64,000 bases of DNA from Octopus sinensis (GCF_006345805.1 NC_043008.1:34472001-34536000); one strand, 5' to 3'; shown: positions 38,759 through 52,577, counted from the stretch's first letter. Made by a program: numbers and translations. The notes: a model not told the origin generated them from the letters alone.

Positions 38759-41700
38759 ACAGAGTGTCTGTTTTGCATTGCTGTGAGACTAGTGGAATGA
38801 TTGCCCTCTTCAGTTATGATTATAGTAAATTGTCTGGACTGAAAGAAACTGTACCACAAATACATACATGTGCTTAAGCATTTCTTAATGTTTCTAATTG
38901 TTTCTTATTTGTCCTTTGGATCATCTTTTTCTGCAAACCTAGTAAAGCATGGATGCCTAGGAATTTTAATGTAGTAGGAGAGCACTCTAGGACCTGGTAT
39001 TCATCTGCAAGTACCTTAATGTCAGCAATTTGTCCTTGAAGAAGAAAGGCCTGCTCCATAGGCATGAGCATATCTAGGATCTTCTTGATATTTATGAGTC
39101 CTTCATACTTGTCACCCAACTGCTTCGTTTACAGTTATTCACCAACTTAGTGTATTATGCTATTTCATTCTGCCTTTGTCTGTGTAGCAATTGGATTCAA
39201 TCCCATGTTTTGCCACATGAAAATCATATCGGGGTCACCAACTGTAACTTGTTGGAAGGCTTCTTTTATGTTTTAGAACATAATAAATAAATAAATGCGC
39301 CCTTTTAAAGCCTAGCTAGGCTCATGGGCCCGGTTTCCCAGTTTCTATGGCATATGTGTTAGAGAATTGTTGACCATGTCACAGAATATGTGATGAAACG
39401 TCTTTGACAAGAAGCTAAAATAATAATAATAATGCTGAAGTGAAGACCAAATATATAGTGCAAGTGTTTAATTGGCAAAATATGACCATCCCTAAGTATA
39501 ACAATATATGTATGTATATAGGTGTTTGTGAGTATACATGATAGTTGTAAATGAGTACCATTGTCATACAAGCAAGGATGTTTGTCTTTAGTCTTCTGTG
39601 AAAAACATGTAAGGATATGGAAAAATGTTTCTTTGCATGGAAACAGGTGAATGTTGGTGACAGGAAGGGCATCCAAGCATAGAAAATCTGTATTAGCAAA
39701 TTCTATCTGACCATTGCAAACATGAAATAGTGGACATTAACCCTTTCGTTATCTCAGAGGGCTTGTGAAGCACATAGATGCAACTGCTTTCTCTGAACAA
39801 GACATTTGAAAAAGAAAATAAAATGTTGTCACACTTCAAACTCATTTGAACAGTGCTTGGATTGGGGGGCTTTCGGTGTCAGCTAGTTTGTACCAAGCAA
39901 GGATGCTGTTGTTTCTAATAATGATTTAATATTTTGGCTCAAGGCCTGCAATTTCAGGGGTGGTAGTAAGTCAATTATGTTGACCCCAGTGCTCAAATGG
40001 TACTTATTTTGTCAACCCCAAAAGGGCGAAAGGCAAAGTCAACCCTGCTGGCATTTGAACTCCGAATATAAAGTCAGAAGAAATGCCACTAAACATTTTC
40101 CCCGGCATGGAAATGATTCCACCAGCTCACTGCTCTACCGTTGTTTCTAATATTGCCATAATTCCTGTGTGAACTTCACATCTGGAAGCTGACTAGGACC
40201 CTTATTTTTCTTTCATATAGTGTCCAAGCTTCTGTTCCTTACACCAAAGCTTGATATGTTGACACCTATATAGTCTTTACAATCATGTTTTGACTGCACC
40301 ACAGATGGTAGGAGTGTCAAACACTCTTTTACTATGTATGCTGAGTTAACTCATCAGGAAGAGTACCATTTCTGTTTTTACTATACTTGCCAATAACAGG
40401 GTAAGTTAATAATTGTTAGTTTGTGAGGACTATTCATAGATTTGTTCCTTAGACTTTGTGAATTTAATGCACCACTATTTAAGCTGAATGGATGTTCAGC
40501 CACTATCTAGGTCACAAAGCAATCTCCAAGACTGCTGGAAAAAATCTTGTAACGCACAGGTGCAAAGGTGCAAGATTATAAGCCATCCCCTCCTTGTTTT
40601 GTAGGAGGGAGGAATGGTTTTGTAGAATTTACTTCCCGAGCAGAGAGTGGCTCACATCATATCATGGAAAGACTTGGGTTTCAGTCAGTTGAGTCAAAAA
40701 CAACTAGTTTCGGTATGCATTAAAGCAAACAACTTCTATTTATTTATTTTTTATTTTATTTCAGTCTTTTTTTTTTTTTGTTCTGACACAAATCTAAGCT
40801 ATATTGTATCTTGATGAAACACTTCAAAATCAGGTGAAATCCCAACAATTCATTGCCCTTCAAGGTCAATAAAGTGCCTGTAAAGTACTGAGGTTCTCTC
40901 CCTCCCACTTCTCTTTTCACTCTATCTCACTCCTACCATCTCTCCCTCTCTCTTTGTCTCTCCTTTTCTCATAATCAGTCTCTCTTTGTGTCTCATAATC
41001 AGCTACATTGAAAAGGCTAAGAAAGGTGTCTTGAATAAGGCAAAATCATTAGTATATCTGACAAAATGCTTGGCAGCAATTTTCCAGATCTTTACATTCT
41101 GAGTTCAAATACCAACAAGGTAAACTTTGCTGTTTGTCCTTACAGGGTCAGTAAAATAAAGTACCAGTCAGGTACTGGAGTCATGTAAGTGACTGATCCC
41201 TCTCCTAAGACTACTGGCCTTGTGCCAAAATTTGAAACTTATTCACTCTTGAGACTACTATAATTCTCCTTTTGTGCACGTCCTTTACTAATGGAACAGT
41301 TATTACTAAGCAACAAGTCACTTCTCAATGAGCAAACTGAAACAGTGAATCTACTTTATAGAATCTGTAACTTTTTCACTGCAGTAAGCTATGATTTGAG
41401 GAAAATTTAACTCTATTTCTAACAGATTCAATGACTATGTAGAGGTACACTCATTGTCTGACTCAGCTCATGTGACAATGTAAGAATTATGACACTATGC
41501 CAGTCATTCAGGATAACACTTAATTGTGTAACCTCATTAGCTAAATAAATGATAAGGGTAAATATGTGCATAGATTCAGATATGAGATGCAGTGTTAATA
41601 GATGTTTGACAGAACAGAATATGGACAAGAATTCAAAACCTTTAAAACTATTTGGGACAGTAGCTTCCAATGTCAACATGTTAGTTTTCACACTTAGCCA

Positions 41701-42070
41701 GAGAAGTTTTTAAAAAAGTAAAGAATAAAAGAAAATATAGTAATAATATTACATACATACATACACACATACATACATACATACATACATACATATGTAA
41801 GTACGTACATACATGTGTGATCATGGTATCTGGGACTATTAAAATTTGTATGACCTTAAGATTTAAAGGTTGATAAAACAAAACAAGATGCTTTCCTTCA
41901 CAACCTTGCTACAAAGTAGGTGGCCACTCAAAATTTACTCTAAATTAAAAAGAAGATAACAAACGGAGAGAGAGAAAGAGCTTCTAAATCTTCAGCTTCA
42001 ATATCCAGATTATAAATTCACATTTTCCCAATAATAATTGGTGCACTTGGTTATGCCAGTAAGTGCTTAA

Positions 42071-42290
42071 CCCATTCGTTACTGTATTTATTTTGAGATG
42101 CTCTGTATTTCTTTCAGTTACTTTAAATATAACAAAGAATTTAGTAAAATAACTTAGTCATCATTCAGCTAGTGTTAAGAACATAAATTGTGACTAAGGT
42201 TTGGTAGAAAATTTCAATACAAAACTTTTGAAAACAGGACATTTATACTCAGAGCCAGAGCCGGTTTCAGCCGGGTTGGTAACAAAAGGG
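42071..42290. mobile_element. piggyBac-type MITE
   Basis: TTAA|CCCattcgttac ... gtaacaaaaGGG|TTAA. Confidence 0.85.
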
Positions 42291-43000
42291 TTAAGTGTCA
42301 ATCTGAAAATGCCATAGTTTTAAAAAGAAAGAAATCAACCATCTAACAACCACATTACAAAAACGCTCTTGAAGCAGAACTGTAAAAATATGCAAAATTT
42401 TTCTCAAGTTCAAAATGTGACATTGTTTTTGTTATCTACATTCCAATGAAGGAGCTTTGTACTGTTGTTAAAAACCAGCTCCTTCCTTACAAGAAGATTT
42501 CAAATGCTTAAAAATTCAAAAGAACATAAATCATGTTCAAAGAGGATCCACTACCTCACACACACTGACAGTACTTCTTAAATAGCATCAGCAATTGAGG
42601 AAACAGTTTCATTGGTAGTCATAGAGTTGCAGTTACTTCTACCTAAACTACACCTTCTGTGTGCCCTCACAGGGAAGGAAACTATAGCAGTGGTAGAATT
42701 TCATTTTACAGATGCATGTGGAATACTCTGGCTTTTGCAACAAAAGGTTCTATGGTTTGAAAAAGTTTGAGTCTTCACTTGCTCTGGATTTGGATTGTAG
42801 TGAAGACACCTGCTCCAGATATCCACTTTCTCATCTCTGATGGTGTGTGTACATACCTGTAACCTAGCAGTTCAGCAAAAGAGACCGATAGAATAAGTAC
42901 TAGGCTTACAAAGAATAAGTCCAGGGGTCGATTTGTTTGACTACAGGCAGTGCTCCAGCATGGTCACAGTCAACTGACTGAAACAAATAAAATAATTATG

Positions 43001-43050
<50 letters not shown>

Positions 43051-43124
43051 TACATATATATATATATATATATATGTATGTATATATATATGTATATATA
43101 TGTATGTATATATATATTGTGTCG

Positions 43125-43490
43125 CCTTGCTGGCACTGTGATTGTTACCTGCATCGCCTTACTGGCACTTGTGCTGGTGGCACATGAAAAAACATTCGAG
43201 TGAGGTTGTTACCAGTGCTGCTGGACTGGCTCCTGTGCAGGTGGCACATAAAAAGCACTATTTGAGATTGACCGTTGCCAGTATGGTCTGACTTGCTCTC
43301 ATGCCAGTGGCACGTAAAAGCACCCACTACACTCTCGGAGTGGCTGGCATTAGGCAGGGCATCCAGCTGTAGAAACTCTGCCAGATCAGATTGGAGTCTG
43401 GTGCAGCCATCTGGTTCGCCATACCTCAGCCAAATCATCCAACCCATGCTAGCATCGAAAGCAGACGTTAAACGATGATGGTGATGATAT
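43125..43490 (+). mobile_element. S4 retroposon
   Basis: gccagtggcacgtaaaagcacc units plus the ggcattaggcagggcatccagctgtagaaac..gttaaacgatgatg tail. Other copies at 10195-10360, 14690-14820(-), 15480-15855, 20950-21215, 23110-23310, 24520-24710 and 47060-47210. Confidence 0.85.
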
Positions 43491-43879
43491 ATATGTGTAT
43501 ATATATACACACACATGTATCTACTATTTCTTGGTGAAGCTGAAAAAACTTCACAAACTGTTTACATAAACATTCATCAGACAGTTGTGATACACACACC
43601 CACACACACATGTATGTATTTATGTATGTGTGTGAGTGTGTGTATGTATGTATGCATGTACAGACATGCATATTGAAGAAAATATTTGAATTGAAACAAT
43701 CATAACAGAAATGAAAATATACGCAGTCTATATTCCATCAAACTTGAGACCTTTAATAACTGACTGATCTGCTTAATCTTCAGATTTAGATAAGAATGAA
43801 ATACACACACACACATAAGCACAAAAAACATATATGGTTGTGTGCATATGTATGTGTGTGTGTATATATATATATATAT

Positions 43880-44157
43880 TTGTGTGTGTGTATATACATA
43901 TACACACACACACAATGTGCATGTACATACACTTATACAGACACATTAATGTATTTATTTATTTATGGATGTGCAAAGGTATGAGGTAGGCTAAAAACTG
44001 CAGCCTAATCTCCCTAAAACAATCCCAAATGTTTTATATATCTATAAAAACCTCTATCTACTGAAAACAGTAGCGAAATCATCACCAAACCATAATCCAA
44101 AGTCTTTTATATATATATATACACACACATTTATATATTTATATATATACATTTATA

Positions 44158-44201
<44 letters not shown>

Positions 44202-44475
44202 GTGTGTGTATATACATATACACACACACACAATGTGCATGTACATACACTTATACAGACACATTAATGTATTTATTTATTTATGGATGTGCAAAGGTAT
44301 GAGGTAGGCTAAAAACTGCAGCCTAATCTCCCTAAAACAATCCCAAATGTTTTATATATCTATAAAAACCTCTATCTACTGAAAACAGTAGCGAAATCAT
44401 CACCAAACCATAATCCAAAGTCTTTTATATATATATATACACACACATTTATATATTTATATATATACATTTATA

Positions 44476-44490
<15 letters not shown>
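43880..44490. repeat. Near-perfect direct tandem duplication, period 318 bp
   Basis: caatgtgc at 43913 and 44231; the unique core looks identical by eye; bounded by (TA)n. Confidence 0.95.
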
Positions 44491-44526
<36 letters not shown>

Positions 44527-44903
44527 ATGTATATATATATATATTTATATATATATATATGTATATACACAATATATATACCCACACACACGCACACACA
44601 CACTCACACACAAATTGATACATAGATAGATACATAGGCAGGCAGGTAGGTAGGATTAAAAAGTCCAGGCAGATATCAATAAAGCTTTTATACATATGTT
44701 ATACAGTTTTATGCAGATGAAACTGTACTTACAATGACACTAGGATGCATTTCTAACAGTGAGCAGTTGATGCAATTGAAATGCACATAGGTCCAGAAAA
44801 GAATGCTGTTTATAACTGTCTAATAAAATTATAGATGTGAAAAATCTCCATTCTCCTTATCATTATTTCATTATTGATATATATATATATATATTTATAT
44901 ATA

Positions 44904-45395
44904 CTAGCAGTATAGCCCAGTGTTGCCTGGGATTAAGTTAAGATTATTAAGCTAATCAAGCACTTTGTTTCAAACAAAACTAAGTAACACCAACATAAAA
45001 TTTGAGCCAAATCCGTTGAATTTGGTAAACGTTTGGCTGAAAATGAGTTGCAGACAATTTGATTGGGAAACTCCATAAGGAACTGGTTTATCGATTTTTT
45101 TCTACTCATCGATTGTCTTTTTGAGGGAGAACTTAATGCATTCAAAGATCCCATGAGTCCTAAGTAACGCCAGCATCAAGTTTGAACAAAATACGTCAAA
45201 ATTGGTCAAAGTTTTGGCTGAAAATGGGGTGTAGTCAATTTTAGTGGGATATCCTACAAGGAATTGGTTTATTGATTTTTCATCCTGATTGAATAGAAAA
45301 CCCCCATAAGGAATCAGTTCATTGATTTTTCACCCAAATAGGACTTAACTGAACACAACATTGCTGATTCAAAAAATCTATATTTATACTATAAA
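44904..45395 (-). mobile_element. Helitron-like element (3-prime end certain, 5-prime end approximate)
   Basis: actagcagtatagcccagtgttgcctggg is close to the reverse complement of the 14021-14657 terminus; internal repeats of the ccataaggaa..ttgattttt block. Confidence 0.6.
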
Positions 45396-46207
45396 GTTGG
45401 TTTTAACACCCAACCCAGTTCTGCAGAATCAGTTTCGCAACAGGAACGCATGGGTTGGGAGTTTGACCAGCAGAGGTGATCAGGTTGCACATGCTGGCCC
45501 TTTGAAAACCACCACCCCATCATCTAATCCCTCTAGGCCCATAGGTTGCGAGCCCTTCCGGCAAGGAAAATAGAATACCCAAAATGGCATCTAATCCTCT
45601 GTGTCAGAAGAGGTTATGTTTGGATCACAACTAAGCCTTAACCTAAGTCTAAGCTAATTTAGTGAAAGGGGGCTTGGGTGCCTCTAAAAGGCAGTGACTA
45701 ATCCCAATCTAGTCCTAACCCCTCCTAGGGGTACTATCGGTCAAGGCTGTTGGAAGATATTCATTGGAGAAGGTACTTATCCTGTCAATCTTTTTCACCA
45801 AACTACTAAGTTATGGGGATGTAAACAAGCCAACTGTTGTCAAGCAATGGTGAGGGACAAACATACACACAAAACAGGCTTCTTTCAGTTTCCACCTACC
45901 AAATCTACTCAAGGTTTTGGTCAGCCTGGAGCTATAATAGAAGACATATGCCCAAGATGCCACACAGCATGACTGATCCCAGAACCATATGGCTGGGAAG
46001 CAAACCTCTTAGCACAGCCATTCCTGCACCTGAAAGCATCTCACCACACTGCCACACCTGCACCTAGGAAAATATGGAACACTTTGTGAATTTGTTTTGT
46101 ATCAAATTCATCTCTTGGTCAGACTTCAAAACCACATAGTTTCAAAGTGAACTTCTAAACTCAACAGCCATAATTGTGTTTCAATGTATATATTATATAA
46201 TATACAA

Positions 46208-46405
46208 CAGTGGTTCCCAAACTTTTTTGAGTCGCGACCCACTATTTATCACACCAGTTTATGACGACCCACTTATAAGTCTTGAACTATCTCAATAGAC
46301 AGCAGTTAATCAAAGCTAATGTGTAATTTTATAACTTTTTGCGACCCACTAAGATTCCATTCGCAACCCATCTGTGGGTCACAACTCATAGTTTGGGAAC
46401 CACTA
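46208..46405. mobile_element. hAT-type MITE
   Basis: TIR cagtggttcccaaact / agtttgggaaccact; 8-bp flanks atatacaa / atatacag. Confidence 0.85.
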
Positions 46406-47282
46406 ATATACAGAATGTCCCAGAATTAACTACCTATTTCAGTAAAATCAGACAATTTTTTTTAAAACTCACTTTCATTTATGTTTATCATGTTTAATGT
46501 GTTAAAAGTGTATAAATTTTAAATTTTGCTTATAATTTTATCATTTTTATAATATTTTTTATAATTTTATTTTCATTCCTGTTGAATCCCGCTTATCTAT
46601 TCACAAACATTTGGCTGCAAACATTTTTTTCTACCTCCTTCCCCAGGATGGAGCACTAGTTTAGCTGAACTTAAAGCATTCAGTTAGCAGTGCAGTAGAT
46701 AACTTCTGAAATGTTTCAAAATGTGTTTCACAGTGCAAAGGATAGATTTGAAATCACAACATTACTCAAGAAACAGGAAGAGAGAGTGAGAGAAAGTTGT
46801 GGCGAAAGAGTACAACAGGGGTCGCCACCACCCCATGCTGGAGCTTCGTGGAGCTTTTTAGGTGTTTTTGCTCAATAAACACACACAATGCCCAGTTTGG
46901 GAATCGAAACCGCGATGCTCCGACCACGAGTCTACTGCCCTAACCACTGGGCCATTACGCCTCCACATAGAGAATATACACAATGTTTTTATTTACATGA
47001 TTACTTCTAAGTCCATTGCAAATTTTTTAATAAAAATGACATCTTCAGCTATTTTCATTAGTTAAATGGCACTCGGAAGGGCATCCAACCATAGAAATCA
47101 TGCCAAAACAGATAAATGGAGCCCAAGAAGCTCTCCAGCTGACCATCTCTTGTTAAACCATACAACCCATGCCAGCATGGAGAACAGATGTCAAATGATG
47201 ACGATGATGATTTCACATTTAGTCACAATATATATTATATGATTTTAAAATTCCTTCTCTCTCTCTCTCTATCCCTCTCTCC

Positions 47283-47315
<33 letters not shown>

Positions 47316-47684
47316 CTCTCAGTCTCTCTTTCTCTTTATATCTACCTTTTACTTCAACAAACATTTTAAAAATGTAATTCCCCACTTCACATCATTAACA
47401 GTTCTCTCTCTCTTTCTCTTCACCTCTCATTTCCACTAACTACATGATAGTGTGGTTTAGTAGAAGTGGCTATCTGCTTTCTCACTCACACCCCTCCTGC
47501 TCTCTCACTCTTACACTCCCACTTTCCCTCCTTCTCTCATTCCACCTTTCACTCACTCCCCTCTCCCTCTCTCTAACAAACTAAAATGAATGAACAAGCA
47601 GAATTATAATATAGATATGCTTTACTTCAGTTAATAGAAGCTGTTAAATTCAGATGGAGGAAAGTCTAGTCACGTATTTGATGT

Positions 47685-47694
47685 CTATCTATCA

Positions 47695-47760
<66 letters not shown>

Positions 47761-47875
47761 ATGTCTGTCTGTATCTCTGTCTGTCTGTTTCTCTGTCCAT
47801 CCGTCCGTCCATCCGTCCGTCCGCCCGTCTGTCTGTCTCTCTGTCCATCCGTCTGTCCATCTGCCTATCTATCTG

Positions 47876-47926
<51 letters not shown>

Positions 47927-47996
47927 GTCTGTCTGTCTGTCTCTCTGTCTGTCTGTTTCTCTGTCCGTCCGTCCGTCCATCCATCCATCCACTAAC

Positions 47997-48033
<37 letters not shown>

Positions 48034-48035
48034 CG
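47685..48035. repeat. Compound tetranucleotide microsatellite (TATC)n/(TGTC)n/(TCCG)n with higher-order repetition
   Basis: Visible directly; the block ctctgtctgtctgtttctctgtcc(a/g)tccgtcc occurs at about 47775 and 47943. Confidence 0.95.
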
Positions 48036-48276
48036 GTTGGGATATTGAACTCATGATTATAAGATTGTAGTTTCAATTCCTGGACCAGGTAACATGTTGT
48101 GTTGAGCAAAACACTTCATTTCACATTGCTCCAGTCCACTCAGCTGGCAAAAATGAGTAATCCGGTGATGGACCAGCATCATACCTGGGTGGGGAATCTA
48201 TATACCATGGTCACTGAGAAACCAGCCCTTATGAGTCGGCATAACTCAAGAAGATATCTTTTTATCTATCTATCTA

Positions 48277-48345
<69 letters not shown>

Positions 48346-48586
48346 TATATATTTGTGTGTGTGTGTATTCTTTTATTCTTTTATTTACTTCAGTCATTTG
48401 ACTGCGGTCATGCTGGAGTACCACCTTTAGTCAAGCAAATCAACCCCAGAACTTATTCTTTATAAGCCTAGTACTTATTCTATTGGTCTCTTTGCTGCAC
48501 CACTAAGTTACGGGGACATAAACACACCAGCATCACTTGTCAAGTGATGCTGGTGGGGACAAACACAAACACAAAAAACTTATGCA

Positions 48587-48617
<31 letters not shown>

Positions 48618-48623
48618 GCATAT

Positions 48624-48826
48624 AGTTAATCCAAACATGAACAAAGAGAAAACACAACAACGTGAGGATGTGGAACAAGTATAGTGTTACTGGACGCTCT
48701 GGAAAGGAAAGATAGGAGGAGGATTTAACATTTCAAGCGGAGCTCTTCGTCAGAAACATAGAAAAAGGAAAGGTCCAAGGAAGAGAAGACGGAGAAAGAA
48801 AATCGCCAACGATACACACGCCGTCA
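48624..48826 (-). mobile_element. Hammerhead-bearing element, family A (copy A3)
   Basis: Motif at 48723-48757 reads gtttCTGACGAagagctccgcttGAAAtgttaaat on minus; inserted in the microsatellite of the SINE at 48365-48985. Confidence 0.7.
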
Positions 48827-49277
48827 CACGATGGGCTTCTTTCAATTTCCGTCCACCAAATCTACACACTAAGCTTTGGTCATCCCGAGGTTATAGTAGA
48901 AGACACTTGTCCAAGATGCCATGCAGTGGGACTGAACATGGACTCATGTGGTTGGTAAGCAAGCTATTTTCCACACAGCCGCTCCTATGCCTATATATAT
49001 ATAACAAATATATTTGAATAAATAATTATATTTACTAGCAACTAATATAAATTTTATAAAAAAATAAGTAAATAAGAGTGTTGATATAAAACAAATAAAT
49101 AAAAGTAGCAATTAAGTACATACCTAGATTTATTTTATCAATAATAGGAGCATAGAGGAAAATGTTATGGACAAGCTAAATAGTATGAAAAGTTGGGGCA
49201 GGCTTGTAAGCCTAAATAGTTAATCAACTTGGCCAAATGGGCGGAATAAGGACATAGAGGAATGTATTATGAACATA

Positions 49278-49656
49278 CTGTGTGGTAAGTAGCTTGCTTA
49301 CGAACCACATAGTTCCGGGTTCAGTCCCACTGCGGTGCACCTTGGGCCAGTGTCTTCTGCTATAGCCTCGGGCCAACCAGAGCCTTGTGAGTGGATTTGG
49401 TAGACGGAAACTGAAAGAAGCCCGTCGTATATATGTATATATATATGTGTATGTTTGTGTGTTGTTTTTGCCCCCCTCTCCCATCATCGCTTGACTACCG
49501 ATGCTGGTGTGTTTACATCCCCGTAACTTAGTGGTTCGGCAAAAGAGACTGATAGAATAAGTACTAGGCTTACAAAGAATAAGTCCTGGGGTCGATTTCC
49601 TCGACTAAAGGCAGTGCTCCAGCATGGCCGCAGTCAAATGACTGAAACAAGTAAAT
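49278..49656 (+). mobile_element. S3 SINE, near full length
   Basis: Collinear with 52168-52577. Confidence 0.9.
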
Positions 49657-50357
49657 GAATGAAAAAATTAATAAATACTGAATTGAATGAAAAGTAGTGG
49701 CAGGCTTGTAAACAGTTAATCGGCACTACCAAAGAAATGGAATAGTAACATGACCTAGCTCTTCTGAACTATGCCTATCCCTTGTCCAGTAAGATAAGAA
49801 AAAATCAACTTTTAGCTATTTTTAGAACAGAATCCAAGACAAACATGCTACAATTCAATTGGAATAAACTTTCCATCCATTAGGATGTAAAAAATATTAG
49901 TCAATCATGCCCTGAGGAGGCATTGTGCTTTTTTTCAATTTCATAATGCACTTTAAAAGTTTAAATATGAATGACAGCAATCAGCCAAAATGCAGCATAG
50001 GCAATATGAATGAATTTATCAATTTGACGGGGCTATGATGATAAATTGATTATTCCATGTATGGGTTCTCCATTTTCTTTTAATTTGTAAACTTTTTTCT
50101 CCTATATCGAAAAATGATGGAAATCTCCATAGCGACAACTGGAATTTCAAAGGTGTAAAGTACTGATATTGAAGAAGATCCAACAATGAACATTAGTAAA
50201 TATACACATGAAAAATTTCAAGTATTGTTAACTGATATTAGTGTAAAACTGGTGTATGCTTGGATAATGTATCCATAAGAAAGAACAACTTCTTTCTATA
50301 CAGCTTATTCACACTCAGTTAAGCATTTACTCGCAAAACCAAGTGCACCAATTATTC

Positions 50358-50820
50358 ATCATCATCATCGTTTAACGTCCACTTTCCATGCTAGCATGGT
50401 TGGACGATTTGACTGAGGTCTGGCGAACCACATGGCTGCACCAGACTCCAGTCTGATCTGGCAGAGTTTCTACAGCTGGATGCCTTTCCTAACGCCAACC
50501 ACTCCGAGAGTGTAGTGGGTGCTTTTACGTGTCACCGGCCCGAGGGCCAGTCAGGCGGTACTGTCAGCGGCCATACTCAAATGGAACTTTTTATGTGCCA
50601 CCTGCACAGGAGCCAGTCCAGTGGCTCTGGCAACGACCTTGCTCAAATGTTTTTTCACGTGCCACCAACACAAGTGCCAGTAAGGCAACACAGGTAACAA
50701 TCACGCTTGAATGGTGCTTTTTACGTACCATCAGCATGGAGGCCAGCTTGTTGCTCTGGCAATGATCACGCTCGTATGGTACTCTTAGCACTCCACTAGC
50801 ACAGATGCCACTCATCGAAT
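50358..50820 (-). mobile_element. S4 retroposon
   Basis: Reverse complement collinear with 43125-43490 and 15480-15855. Confidence 0.85.
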
Positions 50821-50961
50821 TTGATTTTGATTTTTTTTATTGGTATAAATGTAAATTTGTAATTTGGATATAGAAACTGGAGGTTTCAAAGCAGTTATCC
50901 ATAGTTATCCTCTTTCTCTTTTATTTTCAAAGAGATGTTCATATCAGCAGGGCAGCTGACC

Positions 50962-50998
<37 letters not shown>

Positions 50999-51719
50999 AC
51001 ATGGATGCATGCATTCATGTATGCATTCATGCATGTATGCACACACTCATGCATGCACATATGTACATGTGTATGTGTGTGTGTATGTATATGCATGTGC
51101 ATGTATGCATGTATGTATGAACATATGTATGAATGTATGTGTATAAATACATGTATGCTTACATGTGTGTATTTATGGGTGCATGTATGTACACACACAC
51201 ACACATGCGCACATACACACACATATATATATAGAATATACATACACGCACACACATTTTATTTTTGTGTGAAAGACAGAGAAAAAGACATAAGAATTGT
51301 AATGTCTGCTTAACAGTTGTTGTTGCCTCCAAGAGAGCACATACGAGAAAGAGAAATAATGAGATAGAGAGAGAGAGAGGTGGGAACAGACCGAAAGAGA
51401 AAATGTGAGAGATAGGTGAGAGAATTGTCTTTCAACAACCTTGCCGAGAGGCAAAGTGTCTGGCCATATTAAAAGAGTCTCTCAAAAGAGTTTAAAACCA
51501 ATGTTCTTGACTATTCTTTCTGCATTTTAGTACGTAAAATACTAAGAGCGGCAGTACATCTCTGATGTTTGCCAACAACTTCTCACAACTGCCACATGAT
51601 ATTCCCTAACATAACTGTAAAAAGGTGGGTCTATCTGTTAGTATTGGTATTTAGCATTTGCAGTTATTTTATTACAAAATACGGAATTGCTGAATAGACA
51701 TTTTTCTATTTATACAAGA

Positions 51720-52090
51720 ATGTTCAAATAAGCAAATACAATCATTCATCAATAGATGCTTGCGTAGTATACTTAAAATTAGATGGCCCGAACACATAAG
51801 CAATATGGAGCTATGGCAAAGAACAAATTAAGTTTCGATTAGGGAGCAAATATTTAAGAAAAAGTGGAAGTGGATTGGTAGCACAATTAGAAAAGACACA
51901 CCAAATGTAGCGAAAAGTGCTTTATAGTGGAAACCGGATAGATATAGAAGGAGAGGTAGGCCTAAGAACTCGTGGCGGAAATCAACACAAACGGAACTAG
52001 AGTATAAGTACAGAAGCCAAAAATTATGCGACATGGAATTCAACTATAAGTGGCCTATACTCCGCGTTGGAGGGTTAAAGGCATAAAGAA
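51720..52090 (+). mobile_element. RTE-clade LINE 3-prime end
   Basis: NKQIQSFINRCLRSILKIRWPEHISNMELWQRTN*...KKKWKWIGSTIRK...WKPDRYRRRGRPKNSWR is the typical RTE ORF2 C-terminus; ends in (gaa)n. Confidence 0.9.
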
Positions 52091-52167
52091 GAAGATATAT
52101 ACAAGGATGTTAAAGGTTCAGTTTCTAGGAGAGATGACCTGCTATATTTTGTATATAACATAGGCTT

Positions 52168-52577
52168 AGGAGTGGCTGTGTGGTAAGTAGCTTGTTTACC
52201 AACCGCATGGTTCTGGGTTCAATCCCACTGCGTGGCACCTTGGGCAAGTGTCTTCTACTATAGCCTTGGGCCGACCAAAGCCTTGTGAGTGGATTTGGTA
52301 GACGGAAACTGAAAGAAGCCTGTCGTATATATGTATATATATATATATATGCGTGTGTGTGTTTGTGTGTCTGTTTTTGTCTCCCCAACATTGCTTGACA
52401 ACCAATGCTGGTGTGTTTATGTCCCCGTAACTTAGCAGTTCGGCAAAAGAGACCAATAGAATAAGTACTAGGCTTACAAAGAATAAGTCCTGGGGTTGAT
52501 TTGCTCGACTAAAGGTGCTGCTCCAGCATGGCCACAGTCAAATGACTGAAACAAGTAAAAGGGTAAAGAGTAAGAGT
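52168..52577 (+). mobile_element. Full-length bipartite SINE (family S3) with internal microsatellite
   Basis: tRNA-like head (gtggctgtgtggtaag..ggttcaatccc), central (TA)n/(TG)n, 3-prime half ending gactgaaacaagtaaaa. At least 15 further whole or partial copies in the window. Confidence 0.9.

Larger units (their letters stand above)
36701..42760 (+). other. Candidate unidentified small-exon gene divergent from SNX27
   Basis: AG..GT-bounded, stop-free, phase-compatible segments at 36701-36753, 38224-38284, 40358-40400, 40626-40712, 40799-40833, 41426-41479 and 42673-42760. Several donors are strong (gtgagg, gtaagt, gtaaga). No homology recognised, and exons were chosen by eye among alternatives. 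Confidence 0.3.

Noticed and set aside
38874-39290. 81-aa minus-strand ORF that looks protein-like
   Set aside because: The same frame has several stops upstream and no recognisable motif; probably a decayed transposon frame.
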